This document shows positions 36,670-45,631 of a stretch of DNA of 64,000 bases, piece after piece. Below the pieces are notes generated by a model that was given only the letters and a program-made list of their open reading frames with translations, did not search any database and was not told where the DNA came from. This DNA comes from Candidatus Yanofskybacteria bacterium RIFCSPLOWO2_01_FULL_39_28 (GTDB lineage Bacteria > Patescibacteriota > Minisyncoccia > 2-02-FULL-40-12 > GWA2-44-9), in NCBI GenBank assembly GCA_001794635.1, contig MGKE01000006.1:7100-71099 (forward strand), read 5' to 3'. The position numbers were made by a program, and so were the translations under genes. Positions within the stretch are counted from its first letter, which is position 1. Each line of letters starts with the position of its first letter.

Positions 36670-37719
36670 TCAAAAGTATCCTTCTCTGTCAGTTGATACC
36701 AGTAAAGATTTTAATTGATCAACGCTTTCCAGAATAAAACCGCAACCCCTGGCTACAGCGGTTAACGGGTCATCAACTATTTTAACAAATAACTTAGTTT
36801 CTTGAGCTATGGCCTGGTCTAGGTTACGAAGCAAGGCACCTCCACCGGCAAGAAATATGTGACGATTTATCAAATCAGCAATAAGTTCCGGCGGTGTTTC
36901 CTCAATAGTATTTTTAACTGACAAGATAATACTTCGGACCGAACGACCTATTGCTTCCCTTATTTCTTCAGAATTTACTGTTATTTCCTTCGGGAGACCA
37001 GATACCAAATCCCTGCCTCTTACTTTTCCTTCCAGTTCCTCATCTAAGGAGTGGGCGGAACCAAGGGTTATCTTGATATTTTCAGCGCTAGCTTCTCCAA
37101 TTAAAAGATTCTTTTCCTCTCTCATGTAACGAATTATATCTTCGTTTAATTTGTCGCCGGCAATCCTTAAAGAACGAGATGCGATTACTCCCCCCATAGA
37201 AATTACAGCTACCTCAGTCGTTCCCCCGCCAATATCAACAATTACATTAGCAACCGCCTCTTGGACCGGCAAACGGGCGCCGATAGCAGCTGCCATCGGC
37301 TCCTCAACTAAATAAACTTCTCTTGCCCCGGCATTATAGGTTGCATCTTCCACAGCTCTTTTCTCAACTTCGGTTACGCCGGAAGGAACTCCAATAACCA
37401 CTCTTGGTCTGGGAATGAGAGAGAAGTTGTCCTGATGAACTTTGTCAATGAAATATTTAAGCATTTGCTCGGTCACTTCAAAATCTGAAACAACGCCAGA
37501 CACCAAAGGACGGGAAACCATTATATAACCTGGGGTTCTACCAACCATTTTACGAGCCTCATTGCCAATAGCCAGAATTTTGCCAGTCTTCTGGTTAACA
37601 GCTACTATAGACGGCTCATTGATAGTAATACCTTTTCCCCTAACATAAACCAAGGTATTAGCAGTACCCAGATCTATACCAATATCCTTTGACCAGATTC
37701 CGAAAAATTTGTCTAACAA
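36670..37719 (-). CDS. mreB: rod shape-determining protein MreB
   Basis: Actin-fold motifs DIGIDLGTANT and DIGGGTTEVAV. TTG start. Confidence 0.9.
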   Translation of the reverse strand: MLDKFFGIWSKDIGIDLGTANTLVYVRGKGITINEPSIVAVNQKTGKILAIGNEARKMVGRTPGYIMVSRPLVSGVVSDFEVTEQMLKYFIDKVHQDNFSLIPRPRVVIGVPSGVTEVEKRAVEDATYNAGAREVYLVEEPMAAAIGARLPVQEAVANVIVDIGGGTTEVAVISMGGVIASRSLRIAGDKLNEDIIRYMREEKNLLIGEASAENIKITLGSAHSLDEELEGKVRGRDLVSGLPKEITVNSEEIREAIGRSVRSIILSVKNTIEETPPELIADLINRHIFLAGGGALLRNLDQAIAQETKLFVKIVDDPLTAVARGCGFILESVDQLKSLLVSTDREGYF

Positions 37720-37722
37720 GTT

Positions 37723-37757
37723 TAGAATCTAGAATTTAGAATCTAGAATTTAGAATA
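37723..37757. repeat. five tandem heptamers TAGAAT[C/T/A]
   Basis: tagaatc tagaatt tagaatc tagaatt tagaata, starting 4 nt upstream of the mreB start codon. Confidence 0.8.
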
Positions 37758-37934
37758 AAATCCAAAAACTAAATTTAATTTCCAGAATTATCACAATAAT
37801 TTATTAATAATTTTAACCACCTCCGACCTTACTTAGTCTATTATTCTATTGATTTTTGTCAATTAAAAACTTGACATAACTTTAAATTTATTATAATAAC
37901 TATAAGCTATCAGCTACGATCATTGAGACCTAAG

Positions 37935-38642
37935 ATGGATAAACAAAGAGTTCTTTTAAAAATAAGCGGAGAGTCATTGGGTGGAAGTTCATTGACCTAC
38001 AACAGAGACGGAATGGCTTTTATAGGCGAAGAAATCGTGTCGGTTTCTCATACTCATGAATTAGCCATAGTTGTTGGTGGCGGAAACATAATCCGCGGAG
38101 CCACTCTAAAAAAAGACTTGTTTCAAAGAGACACGGTCGTCGCCGATTGGATAGGAATGCAGGCAACTATTATGAATGCGTTGGCTCTTCAAGAATTTCT
38201 GGAAAAAGACTACGGCCTGGATACCAGAGTATTGAGCGCTCTTGAAGTAAATAAGGTTTGTGAACCATATGTGGTGAGAAGGGCATTAAGCCACTTGAGA
38301 AAAGGACGAATTGTTATTTTAGCTGGCGGTATAGGCGCTCCTAATTTCTCTACAGACACAACCATGGTCCAGCGCGCATCAGAACTTGAAACGCCCCTAG
38401 TTCTTAAGGGTACCAAGGTTGATGGCGTTTACAATAAAGATCCTAAATCAAATATAGACGCAGAATTTTTGCCCGAGATAAGCTACATGGACTATTTGAA
38501 CAAAAAATTGAAGATAGTTGATGCCACTGCAGTTACTCAAGCAATGAACCACGGAATAGAGATACGAATATTTAATTTTTTTATCCAAGGCAATCTTCGT
38601 CGGATCCTTACCCAGAAAGATATTGGTTCGGTAATACACTAA
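37935..38642 (+). CDS. pyrH: UMP kinase
   Basis: ATG 37935 (MDKQRVLLKISGE). Typical amino-acid-kinase fold motifs (VVGGGNIIRG). Confidence 0.9.
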   Translation: MDKQRVLLKISGESLGGSSLTYNRDGMAFIGEEIVSVSHTHELAIVVGGGNIIRGATLKKDLFQRDTVVADWIGMQATIMNALALQEFLEKDYGLDTRVLSALEVNKVCEPYVVRRALSHLRKGRIVILAGGIGAPNFSTDTTMVQRASELETPLVLKGTKVDGVYNKDPKSNIDAEFLPEISYMDYLNKKLKIVDATAVTQAMNHGIEIRIFNFFIQGNLRRILTQKDIGSVIH

Positions 38643-38664
38643 ATCCCCCTCTCGGGGATTTTTA

Positions 38665-39927
38665 TTACAATTCTTTGAATACTTCTTTGATCTTAATCAG
38701 CTTCATTTCTTTTTTATTGCGTTTTTTTAATTCCACATTTTCTTTTTCAAGAGTTTTATTGCTAACAACTAAACGAATTGGACAGCCAATTAAATCAGCG
38801 TCGGCAAATTTTTCTCCTGGAGTTTTGTCTTCACGATCATCATATAAAACATTATCCGCTCCGAGTTCTTTGTATATTTCTTCTGCTTCTTTATTTTTTC
38901 CATCAAGAACTATTAGGTTAATCCTAAATGGAGCAATATTTTCCGGCCAAATAATTCCTTTTTCATCGTTATAAACCTCAACTGCCGTAGCCATTACCCT
39001 GCCCAAACCTATACCATAGGCCCCCATGATAACCGGTTTTTTGTTTCCATTATCATCCGCAAATTCAAGTCCAAGCGCTTCTGAATATTTGGTTCCCTGG
39101 TCAAAAATATTTCCAACTTCTATTGATTTCTTCGCTTCTATTTTGCCTGATCCGCACTCAGAACAGTTATCCCCGTCTTTTAATTTTGTTATTTCTTTAT
39201 TCTCCGCATACTCACATTTATCGCAGACATATATAGTATCCTCGCCCACATCAGCTATTACTTGGAACTCATGAGTAAACTTATCCGTAAAAACACCACC
39301 GGCCGCTTTAGTATATACCGCTTTCAAACCGCATCTTTCAAAAATTTTATGATATGCCTCAGCCGCTTTTTTATAAAAATTATCTAAATCTTCTTGGGTT
39401 GTGTGAAAACTATATAAATCTTTCATCATAAATTCCCGCCCACGCAAAAGTCCGGATTTAGCTCTTGGTTCGTGGCGAAACTTTGTTTGAATCTGGTAAG
39501 CTGAAAACGGCAAGTCTTTGTAAGAGTTGATGTATTTGGTAGCAATAGCGGTCAAGACTTCTTCGTGTGACCAACCCAATACAAAAGAATCTTGAATTTT
39601 GAATTTAGAATTTTGAATATAAGAGTCTAAATCAATTTGAGGAATAGCTTTGTAACTTACATCTAAATTCCATCGGCCAGTCGGTTCCATGTATTTCTTC
39701 TCCACCAAGGTCGACATAAGAAGCTCTTGTCCGCCTATAGCATTCATTTCTTCTCTTATAATATTGGCTATTTTGGTCAAAACTCTCCAACCCAAAGGTA
39801 AAAAAGAATAAACCCCGGCAGAATTCTTAAACACAAAACCACCGCGAATTAATAACTTGGCATTCACCGCCTCCTCATCCGCCGGCGCCTCCTTTAGTGT
39901 CTTTGTAAATAACTGAGATAACTTCAT
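38665..39927 (-). CDS. proS: prolyl-tRNA synthetase (short form)
   Basis: Class II motifs (FRHEPRAKSGLLRGREF, GAYGIGLGR) and a Cys cluster CDKC..CSEC; 420 aa. Confidence 0.85.
   Translation of the reverse strand: MKLSQLFTKTLKEAPADEEAVNAKLLIRGGFVFKNSAGVYSFLPLGWRVLTKIANIIREEMNAIGGQELLMSTLVEKKYMEPTGRWNLDVSYKAIPQIDLDSYIQNSKFKIQDSFVLGWSHEEVLTAIATKYINSYKDLPFSAYQIQTKFRHEPRAKSGLLRGREFMMKDLYSFHTTQEDLDNFYKKAAEAYHKIFERCGLKAVYTKAAGGVFTDKFTHEFQVIADVGEDTIYVCDKCEYAENKEITKLKDGDNCSECGSGKIEAKKSIEVGNIFDQGTKYSEALGLEFADDNGNKKPVIMGAYGIGLGRVMATAVEVYNDEKGIIWPENIAPFRINLIVLDGKNKEAEEIYKELGADNVLYDDREDKTPGEKFADADLIGCPIRLVVSNKTLEKENVELKKRNKKEMKLIKIKEVFKEL
39587..39621. repeat. five degenerate tandem heptamers GAATNTN inside proS
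   Basis: gaatctt gaatttt gaattta gaatttt gaatata. On the coding strand these encode YIQNSKFKIQDS. Confidence 0.7.
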
Positions 39928-41012
39928 ATTGAGAAAAACTTAGTCACATCTTTAATTGTAACGTAGATCATGAGCGTAATCAAAAGAGCAAAGCCGACGC
40001 TATTAACGGCTGCCTCTATTCTTTTGTCTATCGGTTTGCCTTTGATTTTCTCCATCAAAAGAAATAGCGCTCTGCCGCCATCAAGAGCCGGAAAGGGCAG
40101 AATGTTTAAAATCGCAAGGTTAATAGATATTAGAGCGACAAATTGCATTAAATAACTAAATCCGACTCTGGCTGCTTGTCCAGTGATGGTTGCAATTCCA
40201 ACTGGACCGGAAACTTCGGCCATAAGTTTACCGTCAGCAAATAAAGTTTTAAACAACATGCCGTAACCATAAACCGTGTTATATGCCAAAATCAAACCAT
40301 CATTAACCCCACGCCAGATTGACTCATACCATGGATAAGAAACGATTCCGGTCAAAGCCATAGCAATACCCATACTGCCTTCGCCTTCAGGCGGATTGAT
40401 TCTTGTTTGAATTTCTTTTGTTTCAAGTTTTCCGTCTTTAACAATCATCTTGACGGTCTTACCCAAATTTTCACTTGTGTAAGATTGAACTTCTTCTATT
40501 GAGTAAACATTTTTTACATTTCCATTGGCTAATTCAAACCCAACTATTTCATCAAGGACGTTAAGTCCAGCTTTTTCGGCCGGACTGCCAGGCACGACTT
40601 GAATAATTTGAATTTTCTTATCGCGGGCGGTTTTAATCATTTCCTCGTCAAATAATCCAATTCTTAATCCAAAAAAATTACCAAACATCAAAAGCAGAAC
40701 AGCAAACAAAAAGTTCATTACTACCCCAGCAACTATTACTTTTAATCTGGCTGAAATAGATTTTGAACCAAAACTTCTTGGTTTCTCCCTATCATCGCCA
40801 TCCTCACCGTAAATTTTCACAAACCCACCAAAAGGTATCCAGTTGATTGAATAAATGGTCTCTCCTCTTTTAACTCCAAATAATCTTGGCGGAAAGCCAA
40901 AACCAAATTCATCCACTCTCATTCCCGATCGTCTGGCCACAATAAAATGCCCCCATTCATGCACAAGGACCAAAACCCCCAACACCGCCATAAAAATTAA
41001 AAATGTAATCAT
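39924..41012 (-). CDS. rseP: RseP-like site-2 (M50) membrane metalloprotease
   Basis: HEWGH zinc motif in TM1, a PDZ domain and C-terminal TM helices; 362 aa. Confidence 0.8.
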   Translation of the reverse strand: MITFLIFMAVLGVLVLVHEWGHFIVARRSGMRVDEFGFGFPPRLFGVKRGETIYSINWIPFGGFVKIYGEDGDDREKPRSFGSKSISARLKVIVAGVVMNFLFAVLLLMFGNFFGLRIGLFDEEMIKTARDKKIQIIQVVPGSPAEKAGLNVLDEIVGFELANGNVKNVYSIEEVQSYTSENLGKTVKMIVKDGKLETKEIQTRINPPEGEGSMGIAMALTGIVSYPWYESIWRGVNDGLILAYNTVYGYGMLFKTLFADGKLMAEVSGPVGIATITGQAARVGFSYLMQFVALISINLAILNILPFPALDGGRALFLLMEKIKGKPIDKRIEAAVNSVGFALLITLMIYVTIKDVTKFFSI

Positions 41013-41020
41013 TGTTTAAA

Positions 41021-41137
41021 AATAGCTCGGCTTCGCCCATTCAGGGCACGACATAAATTCTTGCTAGAATTTTGTCTTTTACTCCCGCCGTCGCGGTCCG
41101 TAAATCCCTTCATGAGCTAAAGCCTCGCTATTTTAGA
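41021..41137. repeat. hairpin-forming element; left boundary of the small cassette
   Basis: AAATAGCTCGGCTT pairs with AAAGCCTCGCTATTT. It contains tccgtaaatcccttcatg (41097-41114), whose inverted copy is at 41572-41589. The region 41044-41110 is homologous to 57961-58028. Confidence 0.6.
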
Positions 41138-41201
41138 AATAATGAATTAAAAAAATAGATTATCCTCTACAATTTTACACTATTTCCATGTATTCCAAAG
41201 A

Positions 41202-41230
41202 TTGACACTGGATTACTTTCATGCTATCTT
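41202..41230 (+). promoter_or_regulatory. sigma70-like promoter of the 41259 ORF
   Basis: TTGACA (41202-41207), 17 nt, TATCTT (41225-41230). SD TAGGAGGTG precedes the ATG. Confidence 0.45.
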
Positions 41231-41258
41231 ATTTTAAGCTCTTTTAGGAGGTGTACCG

Positions 41259-41489
41259 ATGACCGAATCAAAGCGAGTTTTATTCGAAGTGATGGAGGTT
41301 GCTGATAAGTTAGTATCGGGGTATATACGTAAATCAGACGATGAGGTGTATGGAGTTTCTATCCCAAGATTTATGTGTCCGGATATTGATTGTATTCCCG
41401 GTGGTTCTTTCTACATTCAAATAGAAACAGTTGATCCGACAGAAGAACAAAAGGAACTAGCTCGGATATTTAAGAGACTACTGCAATAA
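41259..41489 (+). CDS. hypothetical 76-aa protein (cassette cargo)
   Basis: Strong SD, its own promoter and its own terminator (GCCGA/TCGGC plus T-run, 41498-41525). No family recognised. Confidence 0.5.
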   Translation: MTESKRVLFEVMEVADKLVSGYIRKSDDEVYGVSIPRFMCPDIDCIPGGSFYIQIETVDPTEEQKELARIFKRLLQ

Positions 41490-41552
41490 CTGGCGAAAAG
41501 ATGCCGACTAACCTCGGCTTTTTTCTTACCATCACTTTCCACTAGTTTTTGT

Positions 41553-41627
41553 GGTTAAGCTAGGTTTTACCCATGAAGGGATTTACGGAGGCCGACTGGG
41601 CCTGAGTAGGCGAAACCTAGCTTAACC
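41553..41627. repeat. hairpin element; right boundary of the small cassette
   Basis: GGTTAAGCTAGGTTT (41553-41567) pairs with AAACCTAGCTTAACC (41613-41627), a perfect 15-bp stem. The loop carries catgaagggatttacgga (41572-41589). It abuts the frr stop. Confidence 0.6.
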
Positions 41628-42182
41628 CTAACTCATCAACTCCTGCTCCTTTTTCTTCGCCAACTCGTCAAGTTTTCGGTTAAACCCATCTATTATTCTT
41701 TGAATCTCGTCTTTGGCTTTGCGCAAGTCGTCCTCTCTGGCTGTTTTGGCTTTGACTTCGGCTTGGACTTTTTTGAGAATATCTTCTCTGATTTGCCGGC
41801 TTTTAATCCTCGCTTCTTCTATTTTTTGGCCAAGTAATTTAACCATCTCCTTGCGTCGTTCTTCCATCAAGGGCGGAATAGCGACCCTGACACCATTTGA
41901 ATCAGAAGACGGAGATAATCCAGTGCCATGATCCCTTATTGCTTTTTCAATTAAAGGAATAGCCCCTTTATCCCAAGGTTGAATAGTTATCATCCTTGGC
42001 TCCGGAGTCATAATTGTGGCAAGCTCCTTAATTCTTAGTTTGGAGCCCATATACTCAACCTGAATATCTTCAACCATAGCCGAGTTGGCTCGACCGGTTC
42101 TAATAGACGCAACTTCGCTTCTTGCCCACTCAAAAACAGCATCAAAATCACCCCTGCGTTGTTTAATAATATCTTGATACAT
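41628..42182 (-). CDS. frr: ribosome recycling factor
   Basis: 184 aa with typical RRF length and motifs (RTGRANSAMVEDIQVEYMG). Confidence 0.9.
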   Translation of the reverse strand: MYQDIIKQRRGDFDAVFEWARSEVASIRTGRANSAMVEDIQVEYMGSKLRIKELATIMTPEPRMITIQPWDKGAIPLIEKAIRDHGTGLSPSSDSNGVRVAIPPLMEERRKEMVKLLGQKIEEARIKSRQIREDILKKVQAEVKAKTAREDDLRKAKDEIQRIIDGFNRKLDELAKKKEQELMS

Positions 42183-42397
42183 TAAAACTCGTCAGGATTT
42201 TGTTTTCTTTTTCTTTCTTCCTCCAAAATCTTTTCGCCCTCATCAGCCTGTTCACTGGCTTCAGCCGGTGTAGTATCGGCTGGATCGTCATCGCCTTCGT
42301 CACTTGGTCCAACAAGCCGCTCCTCATTTAAATCTTCTTCTTCGCCTTCCAACTCTTTTTTAATTATTTCTTCGTCTATTGGTATATTGTTAGTCAT
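42182..42397 (-). CDS. hypothetical highly acidic 71-aa protein
   Basis: Asp/Glu-rich ORF. Its TAA stop overlaps the frr ATG (TAATG), suggesting translational coupling. Confidence 0.4.
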   Translation of the reverse strand: MTNNIPIDEEIIKKELEGEEEDLNEERLVGPSDEGDDDPADTTPAEASEQADEGEKILEEERKRKQNPDEF

Positions 42398-42456
42398 GGT
42401 AATTTACATTATATCAATTATTTAAAAAATAAAAAGACCACTTAATTGGTAGTCTT

Positions 42457-42690
42457 TTATCTTTTTTTGAATGATAGAATGTTAGATTTTTCTATCTGAC
42501 GTTCTATCGGGTTATCCATATAGCAGGTTATAAATTTGGCTTTTACTTCCCTGAGTGTCTTACTCACTTTTGTACCGCATCTCAAACATCGTATATAAAT
42601 GTTGTAATGGTCACCAATTCCCCATTCAAGTCTAGTTTCAGAACAACTACAAATTGGATGATCTATATTAAAAGTTATTGAGTTAAACAC
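42457..42690 (-). CDS. hypothetical small zinc-ribbon-like protein
   Basis: GTG start. CxC (CSC) and CxxC (CLRC) pairs; 77 aa. Confidence 0.4.
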   Translation of the reverse strand: MFNSITFNIDHPICSCSETRLEWGIGDHYNIYIRCLRCGTKVSKTLREVKAKFITCYMDNPIERQIEKSNILSFKKR

Positions 42691-42743
42691 TTATCTATCC
42701 TTCTTATTTATTAAAGATGCTTTGCAATATAATAACCGTAAGT

Positions 42744-44480
42744 TTAATAGGTGTCAACCACAGCCCTGATTCTCCTCACTCCGGCTGATACTGCTTCTTC
42801 TTTGGTTATTTTAATTTTGCCAATTTCAGCAGTATGAGATACGTGAGGCCCGCCACATAGCTCTCGGCTAAACGGCTCATCGGATGAGTCGTTTAGCCCA
42901 ATCTTATAAACATTAACTTTTGGCGGATATTTAAGCTTAAAAAAGGCCAAAGCGCCGGATTTGATTGCCTCTTCATAAGACATTTCTTCTTTGGTTACCT
43001 TGTAATCTTTGGTCACGGCTTCATTGGCCAAATCTTCTATTTTTTGTATTTCCTCTGGGGTTAATTTTCGCAGAAACGAGAAATCAAATCTTAATCTTTC
43101 GGCAGTAATATCAGAACCGGCCTGTTTAACTTCCTCGCCCAATACTTTTCTCAAAGAAGCGTGAAGTAAGTGGGTTGCTGTATGTAATTGTGTAGCTTTC
43201 TTTAATTCTTCTTCATTTCCCGCTTTTAATTCGCCGGTATCAAGCAATAATCCATGTCCGCCAAACTTTTTCTCCGCTCCGGCTCTAGATTTTTCTTGAT
43301 GCTTTTTGAATTCTTCATCAAATCCTTCACGAGTTAAATTTTTTGCTCTATCCTTAGCGACATCTTTAATTACTTCAAAGGACAAGCCAAAACTCTCATA
43401 TAATTTAAAAGCTTGAGGAGCATCAACTTTTTCTAAACGCTTTAACTCATTCAGGCCGTTTCTAAGAGTTTTGTTGAATTTGGCAAGTTCACTAGAGTAT
43501 GTTTCTAGTATTTCATTTCTTTTGGCTCTAAGTTCGGGGTATTCATTTTCGTAAACATTGATAACTGAATCTACGATATCTTTAGATATATTAAATGCCA
43601 TAACTCGTCTCATTAACCTCCTCATAACATACCCCTGCTCTTTATTGGATGGAGCCACTCCTTCTGAAGCAAGAAAAACCGTTGCCCTAACATGGTCGGT
43701 TATTATCCTTTTTATTCTTAAGTCTATATGATTAGGCAATGTACTCATTATTGGCTCAAGTAAATCCGTTTCAAAAATATTTTTCTTTCTTTGAACAACC
43801 ATTGCTAAACGCTCAAGACCCATACCCGTATCAATTCCGGCGGTTTTTAGATTTTCAAATTTACTCGGATCAGTTTCTTTTAAAAGCTGTTCCCGATTGC
43901 CCTTATAATAAAATTGATTAAAAACAATGTTCCAAATTTCTACTCCGTTTACATATATTTCCGTCGTCGGTCCACACGGTCCCTCATTTCCAGTCGGACC
44001 CCAGGTATTATCTTCAATGCCCATTTTTTTAATCTTCATGTTTTTATCAACCGTTTTCCATATTTTTTCCGATTCTTCGTCGACGGGCATACCTTTAGTG
44101 CCACCGAAAATAGACACGTAATCAATCTTTAGCCCCATTTCTTTGGTAATAAATTCGTAAGCATAAGCAATGGCCAGTTCTTTCCAATAACCGCCAAAAG
44201 AAAAATTACCCAGCATTTCAAAAAAAGTCAGATGAGACTCGTCACCCACTTCATCAATATCCGAAGTCCGCATTGATTTTTGAATTGAAGCGGTATTAAG
44301 AGACCCAAAATCCTTCACAGCATCAGCTTCGCCAGTGTAATATGGTTTAAACTGCTGCATTCCGGCGGTGGTAAAAAGCACCGACGAATCATCGGGAAGC
44401 AAAGAAGACGAAGGCACTATTGTATGACCTCGTTCTTTGAAAAAGTTTAAAAATTTATTTCTTATTTCTTTATGAGACAT
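42744..44480 (-). CDS. alaS: alanyl-tRNA synthetase, short form lacking a C-terminal extension
   Basis: N-terminal catalytic domain (FTTAGMQQFKP) plus editing-domain motifs HTATHLLH and CGGPHV. Only 578 aa. Confidence 0.85.
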   Translation of the reverse strand: MSHKEIRNKFLNFFKERGHTIVPSSSLLPDDSSVLFTTAGMQQFKPYYTGEADAVKDFGSLNTASIQKSMRTSDIDEVGDESHLTFFEMLGNFSFGGYWKELAIAYAYEFITKEMGLKIDYVSIFGGTKGMPVDEESEKIWKTVDKNMKIKKMGIEDNTWGPTGNEGPCGPTTEIYVNGVEIWNIVFNQFYYKGNREQLLKETDPSKFENLKTAGIDTGMGLERLAMVVQRKKNIFETDLLEPIMSTLPNHIDLRIKRIITDHVRATVFLASEGVAPSNKEQGYVMRRLMRRVMAFNISKDIVDSVINVYENEYPELRAKRNEILETYSSELAKFNKTLRNGLNELKRLEKVDAPQAFKLYESFGLSFEVIKDVAKDRAKNLTREGFDEEFKKHQEKSRAGAEKKFGGHGLLLDTGELKAGNEEELKKATQLHTATHLLHASLRKVLGEEVKQAGSDITAERLRFDFSFLRKLTPEEIQKIEDLANEAVTKDYKVTKEEMSYEEAIKSGALAFFKLKYPPKVNVYKIGLNDSSDEPFSRELCGGPHVSHTAEIGKIKITKEEAVSAGVRRIRAVVDTY

Positions 44481-44521
44481 ACTATGAGAATATCAAAATT
44501 TTTGTAATAAAAAAAGGGGTG

Positions 44522-45250
44522 TTAACCTCTTTGATATTTAGCAAGCCTCTTTTGCCTAGCTTGACTTCGGAAGTTTTCAAACCTATTTCGCAATTCTTCT
44601 AATTGACGCTCCAATGCCTGATTACAGTTAATAAGTCTTTCGTTTTCTTTAAGAAGGAACTGGTTAGCCTGTAGCTGATAATGTAGCCAGCCCCAACGCC
44701 ATCCCCAGCAGATAATGTTATCCTGCCTTTTTCCGATTGGATAGGGATTAAACTTTCTTGCCTCATATGCCATTTTTAGAACTGCTTCCGATGGAGGCAC
44801 TCCCTCTGCTGGTTGTCCGATAGTTCTATTGAATGTTTTTAATTCATCAGAACCCTTAGATTCAATATCCCTCGGAGTTCCAGGACCATGAAAGTATTCT
44901 ATAAAATAAGTCTGCTCATTTAGTACAAGAATGTTGCCAGCGCAAATAGAATCGTCGAGCGTAATTGCCTCGTTACAAAGAGTGTAAAAAGTCTGATTGT
45001 GCTCTAAACAAAACTTAAGAATTACATCAATATCTGTTTGGTCATAAAGAACCGGACACTTAAAGTGGGTTTTTTCGTCATCATGAAAATGACGACAAGA
45101 AATACGACCATGTTTTTTGAGAAAAACTCTTAATTCTTCTTCACGACCGGAAAGTGTGTGAGGCGGAAAACAAAGAAAGTTCGCGACATTGAATCCGGAG
45201 TCGTGAAGTTGCTGAAGACGAATATCTTTTAATGGATATTCTGCTGACAT
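44522..45250 (-). CDS. hypothetical protein: ATP-grasp/PEP-utilising-N-like region plus Trp-rich and coiled-coil C-terminus
   Basis: ATG 45250 behind GGAGAG. LHDSGFNVANFLCFPP and GNILVLN..IEYFHGPGTPRDI resemble PPDK_N-type ATP-grasp. C-terminus has WGWRWGW plus heptad-like helices. Confidence 0.4.
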   Translation of the reverse strand: MSAEYPLKDIRLQQLHDSGFNVANFLCFPPHTLSGREEELRVFLKKHGRISCRHFHDDEKTHFKCPVLYDQTDIDVILKFCLEHNQTFYTLCNEAITLDDSICAGNILVLNEQTYFIEYFHGPGTPRDIESKGSDELKTFNRTIGQPAEGVPPSEAVLKMAYEARKFNPYPIGKRQDNIICWGWRWGWLHYQLQANQFLLKENERLINCNQALERQLEELRNRFENFRSQARQKRLAKYQRG

Positions 45251-45347
45251 CTGACTCTCCGATAGCTTGTAAAGATTCTGCCAAAAGAATATCAATTTAA
45301 ATTATCTTGTCAAATAAAAACAAAAACCAGAGTTAGTCACCCTGGTG

Positions 45348-45524
45348 TTATTTGCTTTGGTTTAAAATTAATAAAGTTTTAAGTCTTTTTACTTCCAGAC
45401 GCTCTATGCGTAATTGACGCTCTAATCTTTCAATGGCTCCTTGAAGTTGAGATTTATCACGCTTCAGTTGTCTTATAGTTTTTCTGTAGGCCAAAGCCCT
45501 TCTGACTAAGAACCATCGCGACAT
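45348..45524 (-). CDS. hypothetical 58-aa basic coiled-coil protein
   Basis: ATG 45524 lies 5 nt after AAGGAGG. Product includes RQLKRDKSQLQGAIERLERQLRIERLEVKRLK. Confidence 0.4.
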   Translation of the reverse strand: MSRWFLVRRALAYRKTIRQLKRDKSQLQGAIERLERQLRIERLEVKRLKTLLILNQSK

Positions 45525-45631
45525 CGCCACCTCCTTGTTTGAAATGGTCAGTAAGAGAAATGAAAACCTTGTTAATTTTATATCATTTTGGTATTTTTGT
45601 CAAAGTATTTTAAAAAGGGAGATGAGTATAT

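Noticed and set aside
37723-37757. CRISPR array.
   Set aside because: The units are 7 nt and contiguous, with no spacers. No repeat-spacer architecture or cas genes occur anywhere in the window.
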